64,000 bases of DNA from Rhodobacter sp. (GCA_027489175.1 JAIYAE010000014.1:312491-376490); one strand, 5' to 3'; positions 42,813 through 54,053 are shown, counted from the first letter of the stretch. Notes: generated by a model not told the origin, from the letters alone. Numbers and translations are program-made.

Positions 42813-44345
42813 ATGGGCGAAGTCAGGGTGCGGTCAGGCCGTCAGGCACGGCAGGCGGAACGCGCGCAAAAGGGCGGCGGCATCGGTCGGCCCTACATCG
42901 TGCGCAACATCCCGACCTATGATGTGCTGTCGGAAGAGAACCTGCTGCGGATCGAGGCCGCCGCAGACCGGGTTCTGGCCGAAACCGGGATCGAGTTCCG
43001 CGATGACCCGGTGGCGCTGGACCATTGGCGGCGGGCCGGGGCCGATGTGCAGGGCCTTCTGGTCAAGTTCCCGCCGGGCATGCTGCGAGAAATCCTGAAG
43101 TCCGCGCCGGCTGAGTTCACCCAGCACGCGCGCAACCCGGCCAATTCGGTGCGGATCGGGGGCAAGAACGTCGTCTTCTCGCCGGCCTATGGTAGCCCTT
43201 TCGTGATGGACCTCGACCGTGGCCGCCGCTTTGGCACGCTGGACGACTTCCGCAACTTCATCAAGCTGGCGCAGTCCAGCCCCAACTTTCACCACTCGGG
43301 CGGCACGATCTGCGAGCCGACCGACATCCCGGTGAACAAGCGCCATCTCGACATGGTCATGGCGCATATCGAATTGTCGGACCGGCCTTTCATGGGGTCA
43401 GTGACGGCGGAAGAGCGATCTGAAGACAGCATCGACATGGCCCGCATCCTGTTTGGCGAGGCGTTTGTGAACGATCATTGCGTTATTCTGGGCAATGTGA
43501 ACGTCAATTCACCTTTGGTCTGGGACGGCACCATGACCAAATCCCTGCGCGCCTATGCGCGGGCCAATCAGGCGGCGGTGATCGTGCCGTTCATCCTTGG
43601 CGGGGCGATGGGGCCGGTCACCAATGCGGGCGGTATCGTGCAGTCGCTGGCCGAAACGATGGCCGGATGTGCCTTGACGCAACTGGAGCGGAAGGGCGCT
43701 CCGGTGATCTTTGGCAACTTCCTGTCCTCGATGTCCCTCCGGTCGGGTGCTCCCACTTTCGGCACGCCAGAACCTGCGATCGGGTCACAGGTCATCGGCC
43801 AACTTGCGCGGCGGCTGAACCTGCCCCTGCGCTGCAGCGGCAACTTCACCACGTCCAAGCTGCCGGACGGGCAAGCGATGATGGAAGGCACGATGTCCAT
43901 GCTGGCCGCGATCCATTGCGGGGCGAATTTCATCCTGCATTCGGCAGGCTTCCTCGATGGGCTGTTGTCGATGTCCTATGAGAAGTTCATGCTGGACGCC
44001 GACCTGTGCGGGGCGCTGCATGCTTACCTCGACGGGATCAAGATCGACGATGACCAGCTTGCAGTGGATGCCTTCGCCGAAGTGGGCCCGGGCAACCATT
44101 TCTTCGGCTGCAGCCATACGATGAAGCACTATGAAACGGCGTTCTGGGACAGCGATCTTTCGGACAACGAACCCTTCGAGAAATGGGAAGCGGCGGGGTC
44201 GACTGACGCGGCAACCCGTGCGAACGCCCTGTGGAAAAAGCGCCTGGCCGAGTTTGAGGCCCCGGCTTTGGACGAAGGCATCCGCGATGGGCTGCGGGAT
44301 TTCGTTGCGCGGCGGAAGGGTGAGGCGGCGGACGCCTGGTATTAG
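42813..44345 (+). CDS. MttB-family (trimethylamine methyltransferase superfamily) protein, non-pyrrolysine
   Basis: 510 aa with no in-frame TAG. Family pattern: ...YDVLSEENLLRIEAAADRVLAETGIEF...FSPAYGSPFVMDLDRGRRFGTLDDFRNFIKLAQ. Confidence 0.85.
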   Translation: MGEVRVRSGRQARQAERAQKGGGIGRPYIVRNIPTYDVLSEENLLRIEAAADRVLAETGIEFRDDPVALDHWRRAGADVQGLLVKFPPGMLREILKSAPAEFTQHARNPANSVRIGGKNVVFSPAYGSPFVMDLDRGRRFGTLDDFRNFIKLAQSSPNFHHSGGTICEPTDIPVNKRHLDMVMAHIELSDRPFMGSVTAEERSEDSIDMARILFGEAFVNDHCVILGNVNVNSPLVWDGTMTKSLRAYARANQAAVIVPFILGGAMGPVTNAGGIVQSLAETMAGCALTQLERKGAPVIFGNFLSSMSLRSGAPTFGTPEPAIGSQVIGQLARRLNLPLRCSGNFTTSKLPDGQAMMEGTMSMLAAIHCGANFILHSAGFLDGLLSMSYEKFMLDADLCGALHAYLDGIKIDDDQLAVDAFAEVGPGNHFFGCSHTMKHYETAFWDSDLSDNEPFEKWEAAGSTDAATRANALWKKRLAEFEAPALDEGIRDGLRDFVARRKGEAADAWY

Positions 44346-44402
44346 AGCGGGCCAAAATCCTTCGAAGGATTTTGCAAATCTTTTCGAAAAGATTTGCGCT
44401 CT
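44344..44402. repeat. AT-rich double-hairpin element, copy B
   Basis: AGAGCG ggc CAAAATCCTT-cg-AAGGATTTTG CAAATCTTTT-cg-AAAAGATTTG CGCTCT. The outer 6-bp stem contains both convergent TAG stops. Confidence 0.85.
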
Positions 44403-44868
44403 AGGCGCGCAGGCCGGTTTCTTCCAGAAGACCCAAGCGCTTGGCCTCATAGTAGTAGCCGCGCGCATACCAGCCTACCGCCTCGGCCTCATCTCCACGA
44501 GAGACGAGCCAAGCACCGCGCAGGTAACGGCCCGCGTAGCGCAGGTTGGTTTCGGCGTCCAACAGCCCCTCGGGCGGGCCTTGATAGCCCATGGTCCGTG
44601 CGGTCTGCGGCAGGATCTGCATCAACCCGTAATAGGGCCCGTTCCGCGCGCCGGGGTTGTAGCCGCTTTCGCGCTGGATCACCCGGTGCAGCAGGCTTTC
44701 GGGGATCTGATGCTCGGCGGCGGATTGCTGGATCAGCGCGCGCAGTTCCGGCGTCTCACCCGGATAGAGATCGCCGCGCGTGGCCTGCGGCGGCGCAGAA
44801 CGCCGGGAACAGGCGGCCATCAGGCTGGCTGCACCAAGGATCACAAGGCGGCGGCGGGTCAGGGGCAT
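44401..44868 (-). CDS. lytic transglycosylase (SLT domain) lipoprotein
   Basis: ATG at 44868. Lipobox: LGAASLMAAC. SLT motif: VIQRESGYNPGARNGPYYGLMQI. The rest of ORF 44401..45672 is a non-coding extension. Confidence 0.85.
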   Translation of the reverse strand: MPLTRRRLVILGAASLMAACSRRSAPPQATRGDLYPGETPELRALIQQSAAEHQIPESLLHRVIQRESGYNPGARNGPYYGLMQILPQTARTMGYQGPPEGLLDAETNLRYAGRYLRGAWLVSRGDEAEAVGWYARGYYYEAKRLGLLEETGLRA

Positions 44869-45063
44869 CGGCTTCGGCTCCGGTTGGGACGCGGCCAGAT
44901 AGGGCGGGCCCGGGACGGCTGGCAAGACCCAAGCCCGCAGCGCCGGCAAGAAGTGGCAAGTTCTGGCGCGTCCTCGCGGTTTATTGTGTCGCAGGGGCCA
45001 GATTTTTCTTAGCGCCGCGAAAGATTGGCATAATCTCGCCCTCAGGGAGCGAGGGAATCGACG

Positions 45064-45597
45064 ATGAAGTTGACCGACAGCCGCGACATTCGCGCCGAGC
45101 CTGGCATTGTCTGGCAGGCCATTCTGGACCCCGAGGTGTTGAAGGCCTGTATTCCCGGTTGCCAAAGCATGGTCGGCTCCGTCGCTGAGGGGTATGAGGC
45201 GGTGGTCAAGCAGAAGGTCGGCCCGGTGAGCGCGACCTTTACCGGGCTTGTTCATCTGACCGACATCGTCGCCCCGAAGTCGATCCGCATCTCGGGCGAG
45301 GGGAAGGGCGGCGTAGCGGGCTTCGCCAAGGGCGGGGCCAACGTGACGCTGGAGCCGATCCCGGAAGGCACGCGCCTCAGCTATGACGTGGAGGCAAGCG
45401 TCGGCGGAAAGATCGCCCAGCTGGGCAGCCGGATCATCGACGGCTTTGCCAAGAAGATGGCAGACGAATTCTTTACCCGCTTTCAGGATGCGGTCGAAAC
45501 CCCGGAGGAGGAACCGGAGCCGACTGTGGCCGAGGGCGAGGCAGACAGCGGGGCGGAGGCCCCGAAGAAGGGCTGGTTCAAACGACTGATAGGCTAG
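45064..45597 (+). CDS. coxG: CoxG-like SRPBCC protein
   Basis: [36 protein letters not shown]..., typical CoxG. It sits upstream of coxSLM. Confidence 0.82.
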   Translation: MKLTDSRDIRAEPGIVWQAILDPEVLKACIPGCQSMVGSVAEGYEAVVKQKVGPVSATFTGLVHLTDIVAPKSIRISGEGKGGVAGFAKGGANVTLEPIPEGTRLSYDVEASVGGKIAQLGSRIIDGFAKKMADEFFTRFQDAVETPEEEPEPTVAEGEADSGAEAPKKGWFKRLIG

Positions 45598-45655
45598 GTC
45601 GGGGCTATACCGCCCCGACACCGTTACCAAGGATGACCCTAGGGAGGGGGAAAGC

Positions 45656-46141
<486 letters not shown>

Positions 46142-46152
46142 GGGGATATACG

Positions 46153-48531
46153 ATGCCGAAGGATCATGGAATTGGCGCAAGCTCCAAGCGGCGTGAGGAT
46201 GTCCGCTTTCTAACCGGAAAGGGCACCTATACCGATGACATGAACATCGCAGGGCAAACCTATGCGGTGATGGTGCGGTCCAGCGTGGCGCACGGGCGGA
46301 TCGTGTCGGTCGGCACCTCTGCGGCTGAGGGGATGCCAGGGGTGCTTGCGGTCTTCACGGGTGAGGATTTCGCAGCCGTTGGTGGCAACCCGGCGGGCTG
46401 GCTGATCAACAGCCGCGACGGCACGCCGATGCGCGAACCGAAGCGGCCGGTCCTGGCGCATGGCAAGGTGCGCCATGTGGGCGACGCCTATGCCGCAGTG
46501 ATTGCCGAGACCTACCAGCAGGCCAAGGACGCAGCGCAGGCGATTGCCGACGCCTCGGTGATCGAAGAGCTGCCGGCGGTGGTCAACATGGCCGAAGCGG
46601 TGGCCAATGCGTCTAACCGCGTGCATGACGAAATCCCCGACAACCTGTGCTTTGACTGGGGCTGGATCGAGGACAACCGCGCCAAGGTGGATGCGGCGAT
46701 CAAGTCTGCCCCCCATGTCACGACGCTGGAACTGGTGAACAACCGGCTGGTGCCGAACGCGATGGAACCCCGTGCCAGCATCGGTGAGTATTTCCCCGGC
46801 ACGGGCGATTACAAGCTGACCACCACCAGCCAGAACCCGCACCTGACGCGGCTTCTGGTGGCAGCCTTCGTGATGGGCATCCCAGAGAACAAGCTGCAGG
46901 TCGTGGCCCCGGATGTGGGCGGCGGTTTCGGCTCGAAGATCTATCACTACGGCGAAGAAGCGCTGGTTCTGGCGGCGGCGAAAAAGCTGGCCCGCCCGGT
47001 GCGCTGGACGGCGGAGCGCAGCGAGTCCTTCCTGACCGACGCGCATGGCCGTGACCATGTGACCAAGATCGAATTGGCGTCCGACAAGGAAGGCAACTTC
47101 ATCGCCTTCCGGACCGAGACCTTGGCCAATGTTGGCGCGTATCTCTCTAACTTCTCCACCGCGACGCCGACCTTCCTGCATGGCACGCTGATGTCGGGGC
47201 CCTACAAAGTGCCGAACGTCTATGTGAACGTAAAGACGGTCTTCACCAACACAGCACCTGTTGATGCCTATCGTGGCGCAGGCCGCCCCGAGGCGACCTA
47301 TTCCCTAGAGCGGGTCATCGATAAGATGTGCCGCGAGCTGGGCCTTGACCCGTTCGAGGTGCGCCGGAAGAACCTGCTGACGCCCGACCAGTTCCCCTAT
47401 CAGTCGCCGGTTGGCCTGATGTACGACACCGGCAACTATCAGGCAACGCTGGACAAAGTGTGTGAGATGGCCGACGTGGCCGGCTTTGAAAAGCGCCGTG
47501 CCGCCAGTGCTGCCAAAGGCAAGCTGCGGGGCATGGGGCTTTCGACCTGGATCGAGGCTTGCGGCATCGCGCCGTCGAACCTGGTCGGGGTCCTTGGCTC
47601 TCGCGTCGGGCTTTACGATGCGGCGACGGTGCGGGTGAACGCGACCGGCAACCTGAGCGTGATGGTCGGCGCGCACAGCCACGGGCAGGGGCATGAAACG
47701 GTCTTTGCCCAGATCGTGGCCGACAAGCTGGGGGTCCCGGAAAGCTCGGTCGAGATCGTGCATGGCGACACCGCCCGCATCCCCTTTGGGATGGGGTCCT
47801 ATGGCAGCCGCTCACTGGCGGTCTGCGGCACGGCGATGGACAAGGCGCTCGACAAGATCATCGCCAAGGGCAAGAAGATTGCCGCCCACATGCTGGAAGC
47901 GGCGGAGGGCGACATCACCTTTGGCGATGGCAAGTTCAGCGTCGCCGGCACCGACAAGGCCAAGACCTTCGGCGAGATCGCGTTCAGCGCTTACGTCCCC
48001 CACAACTATCCGCTGGAAACCCTGGAGCCGGGGCTGGAAGAGACGGCGTTCTACGATCCCGCCAACTTCACCTATCCCGCAGGCGCCTATATCTGCGAGG
48101 TGGAGGTGGACGAAGGCACCGGCAAGGTCGACGTGGTGGCCTTCCACTGCGCCGATGACTTCGGCAACATTATGAACCCGATGATCGTCGAAGGTCAGGT
48201 GCATGGCGGCGTGGGGCAGGGCATCGGCCAGGCCCTGTGCGAGTTCACGACCTATGACGAAAACGGCCAGCTTCTGACCGGGTCCTACATGGATTACGCC
48301 ATGCCCCGGGCCGAAGATGTGCCGTTCTACAACGTTGACTACTCTTGCCAGACGCCCTGCACGCACAACCCGTTGGGCGTGAAAGGCTGTGGTGAGGCTG
48401 GGGCGATCGGGTCACCCCCAGCGGTGGTCAACGCGGTGATCGACGCGCTGCAACGCGGTGGTCACACGCACGTCACGCATATCGACATGCCGGTCTCACC
48501 CTCGCGGGTGTGGACGGCGATGAACGCGTAA
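46153..48531 (+). CDS. coxL: molybdopterin-binding large subunit, form-II CoxL-like
   Basis: 792 aa. The active-site loop [14 protein letters not shown] carries the AYRGAGR (form II) motif rather than the form I AYXCSFR motif. Confidence 0.88.
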   Translation: MPKDHGIGASSKRREDVRFLTGKGTYTDDMNIAGQTYAVMVRSSVAHGRIVSVGTSAAEGMPGVLAVFTGEDFAAVGGNPAGWLINSRDGTPMREPKRPVLAHGKVRHVGDAYAAVIAETYQQAKDAAQAIADASVIEELPAVVNMAEAVANASNRVHDEIPDNLCFDWGWIEDNRAKVDAAIKSAPHVTTLELVNNRLVPNAMEPRASIGEYFPGTGDYKLTTTSQNPHLTRLLVAAFVMGIPENKLQVVAPDVGGGFGSKIYHYGEEALVLAAAKKLARPVRWTAERSESFLTDAHGRDHVTKIELASDKEGNFIAFRTETLANVGAYLSNFSTATPTFLHGTLMSGPYKVPNVYVNVKTVFTNTAPVDAYRGAGRPEATYSLERVIDKMCRELGLDPFEVRRKNLLTPDQFPYQSPVGLMYDTGNYQATLDKVCEMADVAGFEKRRAASAAKGKLRGMGLSTWIEACGIAPSNLVGVLGSRVGLYDAATVRVNATGNLSVMVGAHSHGQGHETVFAQIVADKLGVPESSVEIVHGDTARIPFGMGSYGSRSLAVCGTAMDKALDKIIAKGKKIAAHMLEAAEGDITFGDGKFSVAGTDKAKTFGEIAFSAYVPHNYPLETLEPGLEETAFYDPANFTYPAGAYICEVEVDEGTGKVDVVAFHCADDFGNIMNPMIVEGQVHGGVGQGIGQALCEFTTYDENGQLLTGSYMDYAMPRAEDVPFYNVDYSCQTPCTHNPLGVKGCGEAGAIGSPPAVVNAVIDALQRGGHTHVTHIDMPVSPSRVWTAMNA

Positions 48532-48544
48532 GGGAGGGGGAGCC

Positions 48545-49333
48545 ATGCATAACTTCGATTTCGTGAAACCCGCCTCTATCGCGGATGCGGTCAAGGCGAT
48601 GGGCCATGATGGCGCGCAGGCGCTGTCGGGCGGGCAGACGCTGATCCCGACGATGAAACAGCGGCTGGCCGCGCCCACGGTGCTGGTCAGCCTGACCGGC
48701 ATCTCTGAGATGAAGGGCGTCTGCATGGGCGAGGGCGGCTTGCACATCGGTGCGGCCACGCCCCATGCCGTGGTGGCGGCCGAGGCCGGGGCGGTCTACC
48801 CCGCCCTTGCCGCCCTTGCCGCCGGGATCGGTGATCCGGCGGTGCGCAGCAAGGGCACGATCGGCGGGTCTTTGGCCAACAATGACCCGGCGGCCTGCTA
48901 TCCTTCGGCGGTCCTCGCTTCGGGCGCGACGGTGGTGACGAACCGCCGCAAGATAGCTGCGGATGACTACTTCCAGGGCATGTTCACCACGGCGCTGGAT
49001 GAAGGCGAGATCATCACCGAAGTCGTCTTCCCGATCCCGCAGAAGGCTGCCTATGTGAAGTTCAACCAGCCCGCCAGCCGCTTTGCCCTGACCGGCGTCT
49101 TTGTCGCCAAATACCCCGGCGGCGTGCGGGTGGCGGTCACCGGGGCCTCGGCCAGCGGCGTCTTCCGCTGGGCTGAGGCTGAGGCGGCCCTGTCGGCCAA
49201 CTTTGCCGCCGGCGCGATTGCGGGCCTCACGGTCGATGCCTCCGGGATGATCGGCGATCTGCACGGCACGCAGGCCTACCGCGCCAATCTGGTCAAGGTC
49301 CTGACCGGGCGCGCGGTCACCGCTGCGGGCTGA
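48545..49333 (+). CDS. coxM: FAD-binding medium subunit of a molybdenum hydroxylase
   Basis: 262 aa. CoxM/XdhB-like FAD-binding pattern: LSGGQTLIPTMK...GTIGGSLANNDP. Confidence 0.9.
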   Translation: MHNFDFVKPASIADAVKAMGHDGAQALSGGQTLIPTMKQRLAAPTVLVSLTGISEMKGVCMGEGGLHIGAATPHAVVAAEAGAVYPALAALAAGIGDPAVRSKGTIGGSLANNDPAACYPSAVLASGATVVTNRRKIAADDYFQGMFTTALDEGEIITEVVFPIPQKAAYVKFNQPASRFALTGVFVAKYPGGVRVAVTGASASGVFRWAEAEAALSANFAAGAIAGLTVDASGMIGDLHGTQAYRANLVKVLTGRAVTAAG

Positions 49334-49350
49334 CCGACCGAAAAGCCAAG

Positions 49351-49390
49351 CAAAGGCCCCGGGGCGAACCAGCCCCGGGGCCTTTGTCAT
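49351..49390 (+). terminator. rho-independent terminator after coxM
   Basis: Perfect 15-bp stem CAAAGGCCCCGGGGC-gaacca-GCCCCGGGGCCTTTG, followed by TCATT. Confidence 0.8.
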
Positions 49391-49554
49391 TCGCCTGTCA
49401 CCGAATCCCGTCAGAGCTGTGGACAACTCCAAGATGCCGCAGGCGCTTGGGGGTTGCGCGGGCGGAAACGCCAGATATAGTTTGACCTGTCGGGGCGGGC
49501 CTCCCCGCCCTGGCGCCAGAACGGCAACGGGCAAGGCTTGGAGTCTTTGACGGA

Positions 49555-50139
49555 ATGGACGGCGATTTCAGAACCCACTTTGTGCGCGACCCGGCGTCGC
49601 TGAAGCATTTTCCGGCGCTGGTGCTGAACGCCGATTACCGGCCCTTAAGCTATTACCCGCTCTCCCTCTGGCCCTGGCAAGAGGCGATCAAGGCGGCCGT
49701 CCTCGACCGGGTGCAGATCGTCGCGGAATATGACCAGGTGGTGCATAGCCAAAGGCAGGTGTTCCGGATACCCTCGGTCGTCGTGCTGAAAGATTATGTG
49801 AAACCCCAGAAGCGCGTGGCATTCACGCGCTTCAATCTTTTTCTGCGGGACGAATTCTGCTGCCAGTATTGCGGCGCCAAGGGCGACCTGACCTTTGACC
49901 ACGTGCTGCCCCGGTCCAAGGGGGGGATCACGTCATGGGAAAACGTCGTGGCCGCCTGCAGCCCTTGCAACCTGCGCAAGGGGTCACGCACGCTGAAGCA
50001 ATCGGGTATGTTCCTCAACCGCATCCCCCGCGCACCCAGCGCCGAAGAGATGCAAGCCCACGGCCGCCGCTTCCCGCCGAACCATCTGCATGAAAGCTGG
50101 ATGGATTACCTTTACTGGGACGCCGAGCTGGAGGCATGA
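49555..50139 (+). CDS. stand-alone HNH endonuclease-family protein
   Basis: 194 aa. HNH/zinc motif: CCQYCGAKGDLTFDHVLPRSKGGITSWENVVAACSPCNLRKG. Confidence 0.85.
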   Translation: MDGDFRTHFVRDPASLKHFPALVLNADYRPLSYYPLSLWPWQEAIKAAVLDRVQIVAEYDQVVHSQRQVFRIPSVVVLKDYVKPQKRVAFTRFNLFLRDEFCCQYCGAKGDLTFDHVLPRSKGGITSWENVVAACSPCNLRKGSRTLKQSGMFLNRIPRAPSAEEMQAHGRRFPPNHLHESWMDYLYWDAELEA

Positions 50140-50254
50140 GCGCCACCTCGTCCAAAGCGATTTGATCTCTGGGGCAGGGGTGCTAGACAGGGACCTGACA
50201 CAGCGCTAGAAGGGCGTCGTTAGCGCTAACAGCGCCTCGCCCGAGGAGACGGTC

Positions 50255-51709
50255 ATGGTTTCGCGCGTCATTCCGGTGGATGTTTTTGATCTGGTGATCT
50301 TCGGGGCCACCGGGGATTTGGCCCGCCGCAAGATTCTTCCCGGCCTTTACCGCCGTTTTCTGGCCGGTCAGATGCCGGGCGACAGCCGGATCATCGGGGC
50401 CGCCCGTGCCGATCTGACCGATGCCGCCTTTCAGGAACAGGTCCGCGCCGCGATTGTCGAATTCGTGCCGAAGGACCGGCAGGACACCGCCACGATTGAT
50501 GGCTTCCTGGCCCGCATCGGCTATGTCGCGATCGATGCCACCGGCACCAATGGCTGGGCGGCGCTGAAAGCCTTGATGCGGGAAAACGTGGTGCGGGCCT
50601 TCTACTTCTCGGTCGCGCCCAGCCTTTTTGGCGACATTGCCAGCCGCTTGCATGACCATGGCATCGCCGACGCCTGGAGCAGGATCGTCGTCGAAAAGCC
50701 CTTCGGCCGCGATCTGGCCAGCGCCCGCGCGCTGAACGCCGCCTTGGCGCAGCATTTCACCGAAGCGCAGATCTACCGGATCGACCATTACCTGGGCAAG
50801 GAAACCGTCCAGAACCTGATGGCCGTCCGCTTTGCCAACATCCTGTTTGAACCGCTCTGGAAGGCCGAATACGTCGACCATGTCCAGATCACCGTGGCCG
50901 AAACCGTGGGCGTGAACGGGCGCGGGGCCTATTACGACAAGTCCGGCGCCATGCGGGACATGGTGCAGAACCACATGATGCAGCTTCTCTGCCTCATCGC
51001 GATGGAGCCGCCCTATCACTTTGACCCCGACGCCGTGCGCGATGAAAAGCTGAAGGTGATCCGCGCGCTGAAACCGGTGCAGCCCGAGGATATCGTTCGT
51101 GGCCAATACGGGGCAGGCGGCGGCGAAAAGGGCTATGTCGCGCATTCCGAGAACCCGGCCTCAAAGACCGAAAGCTACATTGCGCTGAAGGTGAATGTTT
51201 CCAACTGGCGCTGGCAGGGCGTGCCGTTCTACCTGCGCACCGGCAAGCGCTTGCGGGCGCGGGCCAGTGAAATCGCGATCACCTTCAAGCAGCCGCCGCA
51301 TGCGATCTTTGACGATGCCAAGGGCTGGCATGAAAACGTGCTGGTGATCCGCCTTCAGCCGAACGAAGGCATGAACCTGATGGTGATGATCAAGGAACCC
51401 GGCCCCGGCGGCATGCGCCTGATGCAGGTGCCGTTGGACATGTCCTTCGCCGCCGTTCTGGGGGATGAGGCGGAAGAGACGCCGGACGCCTACGAACGCC
51501 TGATCATGGATGTTATCCGCGGCAACCAGACCCTTTTCATGCGCGGTGATGAGGTTGAGGCCGCCTGGGCTTGGACCGACCCGATTATCCAGGGCTGGGA
51601 AGCGCGCGGCGACAAGCCCCAGACCTATGATCCCGGCTCTTCCGGCCCGGAAGACGCGCTGATGCTGATGCACCGCGACGGACGGCGCTGGCGGGAGATC
51701 AAGGAATGA
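50255..51709 (+). CDS. zwf: glucose-6-phosphate dehydrogenase
   Basis: Motifs: IFGATGDLARRK, VVEKPFGRDL, RIDHYLGKETVQN. Confidence 0.95.
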   Translation: MVSRVIPVDVFDLVIFGATGDLARRKILPGLYRRFLAGQMPGDSRIIGAARADLTDAAFQEQVRAAIVEFVPKDRQDTATIDGFLARIGYVAIDATGTNGWAALKALMRENVVRAFYFSVAPSLFGDIASRLHDHGIADAWSRIVVEKPFGRDLASARALNAALAQHFTEAQIYRIDHYLGKETVQNLMAVRFANILFEPLWKAEYVDHVQITVAETVGVNGRGAYYDKSGAMRDMVQNHMMQLLCLIAMEPPYHFDPDAVRDEKLKVIRALKPVQPEDIVRGQYGAGGGEKGYVAHSENPASKTESYIALKVNVSNWRWQGVPFYLRTGKRLRARASEIAITFKQPPHAIFDDAKGWHENVLVIRLQPNEGMNLMVMIKEPGPGGMRLMQVPLDMSFAAVLGDEAEETPDAYERLIMDVIRGNQTLFMRGDEVEAAWAWTDPIIQGWEARGDKPQTYDPGSSGPEDALMLMHRDGRRWREIKE

Positions 51710-52377
51710 ACCTGCAAACCTACCCCGACCGCGAGATGATGATGCTGTCCCTGGCCGACAAGATCGCTGGTCAGCTGGGTGAGTTTTTGCGCCGCGACGG
51801 CCATGCCACCCTGTCCGTGCCGGGGGGCACCACGCCGGGGCCGATCTTCGATACCCTCTCCGGGGTTGACCTTGACTGGGCCAATGTCGCGGTGGTCCTG
51901 AACGACGAACGCTGGGTGCCCGAGGACAGTGAACGGTCAAACACCCGCCTTATCCGCCAGCGGCTAATCCGGGGCCGCGCGGCGCAGGCGCGGCTGATCC
52001 CGCTTTATGCACCAGCCGCCCAACCCGAGGATATGTTGGAGGCCCTGTCTGACGGCATCCGCCCGCATCTTCCCATCTCGGTCCTTTTGCTGGGGATGGG
52101 TGCGGACATGCACACCGCCAGCCTCTTTCCCGGCGCGGACCGGCTGGATGAGGCTTTGTCCCCCCAGGCGCCGATCCTGATGGCCTTGCGGGCCGAAGCG
52201 GCGGGTGAGCCGCGCATCACCCTGACCGCCCCGGTCCTGCAGGCGGCCTTCAACATCCACATCCTGATCACCGGGCCGGAAAAGCGCGCGGCCCTTGAAC
52301 GGGCTGCAACCCTGACCCCGAAAGAGGCCCCGGTGCGGGCCGTCCTCGACAACGCAACCGTGCATTGGGCAGAATGA
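51706..52377 (+). CDS. pgl: 6-phosphogluconolactonase
   Basis: Start overlaps the zwf stop. Motifs: [34 protein letters not shown]. Confidence 0.92.
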   Translation: MNLQTYPDREMMMLSLADKIAGQLGEFLRRDGHATLSVPGGTTPGPIFDTLSGVDLDWANVAVVLNDERWVPEDSERSNTRLIRQRLIRGRAAQARLIPLYAPAAQPEDMLEALSDGIRPHLPISVLLLGMGADMHTASLFPGADRLDEALSPQAPILMALRAEAAGEPRITLTAPVLQAAFNIHILITGPEKRAALERAATLTPKEAPVRAVLDNATVHWAE

Positions 52378-53978
52378 CCATGGACAAATGGGCCGAGCTT
52401 CACCGCCTTCACAAGATGAACGAAGGCCGCTATATTATTGATCTCTTTGATGAAACCCGCGCAACAGATTTCTCGGTCACGACCGACGGGATGCGGTTCG
52501 ACTATGCCAAGACCAACATCGACAGCGCCACCCGCGCCGCCCTTGTGGCCTTGGCCGAAGGGTCCGGCCTGGCCGACAAACGCGCCGCGATGTTTCGCGG
52601 TGACAAGATCAACCTGACCGAAGGCCGCGCCGTCCTGCATGTGGCGTTGCGGGCGGGGACGGATGCGGTGATCCACGTCGATGGCAAGGATGTCCTGCCC
52701 GAGGTCCGCCGCATCCGCGCGCTTTGCGCCACTTTCGCGCGGGACGTGCGCTCCGGCGCTTATCAGGGCCAGGGTGGGAAGATCACCGACGTGGTGAACA
52801 TCGGCATCGGCGGGTCGGACCTTGGGCCTGCGATGGCGACTTTGGCGCTGGCCCCGTTCCATGACGGGCCGCGGGTGCATTTCGTGTCGAACGTCGATGG
52901 CGCACATATTCACGATACGCTGCAAGGCCTTGATCCGGCGACGACTTTGGTGATCGTCGCCTCAAAGACCTTCACCACGATCGAAACGATGACCAACGCC
53001 GACACCGCCAAGCGCTGGATGGCGGAGAAGGTCGCCAACCCAGCGGCTCAATTCGCCGCCGTCAGCACCGCCGGCGACAAGACCGCCTCCTATGGCATTG
53101 ATCCTGCACGCGTCTTCGGGTTCGAAGACTGGGTCGGCGGGCGCTATTCGATGTGGGGGCCGATCGGTCTGTCGCTGATGATCGCTGTCGGACCAGAGGC
53201 GTTTGATGATTTCCTTGCCGGGGCGCGGGCGATGGACGATCATTTCCTGACCGCCCCCTTTGCCCGGAACATGCCCGTGATGCTGGCGCTGGTCGGCATT
53301 TGGCACAACCAGCTTTGCGGCCACACCACCCGCGCGGTTCTGCCCTATGATCAACGGCTTAGCCGTCTTCCTGCGTATTTGCAGCAGCTTGAGATGGAAT
53401 CAAACGGCAAGCGCGTCGCGATTGATGGCAGTGACCTTGCCACCCATTCCGGCCCCGTGGTCTGGGGCGAACCCGGCACGAACGGCCAGCACGCGTTCTA
53501 CCAGCTGATCCATCAGGGCACCCGCGTTGTGCCTTGTGAATTCCTTGTGGCCCGGCGCGGGCATGAGCCTGACCTTGCGCACCAGCACCTTCTCCTCGTC
53601 TCGAACTGCCTGGCCCAGGCCGAGGCGCTGTTGCGCGGCCGCTCGCTGCAGGAAGCCCGCGCGATCATGGCCAAGAAGGGCCTGACCGGAGACGAGCTGG
53701 AAAAACAGGCCCGCCACCGGGTGTTTCCCGGCAACCGCCCGTCAACCGTGCTGGCCTATGACCAGCTGACACCCTTCACGCTGGGCCAGATCATCGCCCT
53801 TTATGAGCACCGCGTCTTTGTCGAAGGGGTCATTCTTGGCCTCAACTCCTACGACCAGTGGGGGGTTGAGCTGGGCAAGGAATTGGCGCTTGCGCTGCAA
53901 CCGGTGCTGGAAGGCAAGACCGGCACCGATGGCAAAGACGGATCAACCGCCGCCCTTGTCGCCTTCCTGCGGGCCTGA
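52374..53978 (+). CDS. pgi: glucose-6-phosphate isomerase
   Basis: The ATG at 52374 overlaps the pgl stop (ATGA). Motifs: [31 protein letters not shown]. Confidence 0.95.
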   Translation: MTMDKWAELHRLHKMNEGRYIIDLFDETRATDFSVTTDGMRFDYAKTNIDSATRAALVALAEGSGLADKRAAMFRGDKINLTEGRAVLHVALRAGTDAVIHVDGKDVLPEVRRIRALCATFARDVRSGAYQGQGGKITDVVNIGIGGSDLGPAMATLALAPFHDGPRVHFVSNVDGAHIHDTLQGLDPATTLVIVASKTFTTIETMTNADTAKRWMAEKVANPAAQFAAVSTAGDKTASYGIDPARVFGFEDWVGGRYSMWGPIGLSLMIAVGPEAFDDFLAGARAMDDHFLTAPFARNMPVMLALVGIWHNQLCGHTTRAVLPYDQRLSRLPAYLQQLEMESNGKRVAIDGSDLATHSGPVVWGEPGTNGQHAFYQLIHQGTRVVPCEFLVARRGHEPDLAHQHLLLVSNCLAQAEALLRGRSLQEARAIMAKKGLTGDELEKQARHRVFPGNRPSTVLAYDQLTPFTLGQIIALYEHRVFVEGVILGLNSYDQWGVELGKELALALQPVLEGKTGTDGKDGSTAALVAFLRA

Positions 53979-53982
53979 GGCA

Positions 53983-54050
53983 CCGATGTCTTCAAAGACA
54001 TCGGACCGGAGCCTTCAAAGGCTCCGGTCCGGAATTTTCCAAAATTCCGG
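53983..54050. repeat. three abutting perfect hairpins filling the pgi/ridA convergent gap
   Basis: CCGATGTCTT-ca-AAGACATCGG, ACCGGAGCCTT-ca-AAGGCTCCGGT and CCGGAATTTT-cc-AAAATTCCGG together occupy 68 of the 75 intergenic bp. Confidence 0.85.
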
Positions 54051-54053
54051 CGC

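Noticed and set aside
42813-44345. Pyrrolysine (in-frame TAG) decoding in the MttB-family gene
   Set aside because: The ORF is continuous over 510 aa with no internal TAG, and no pyl genes are present in the window.
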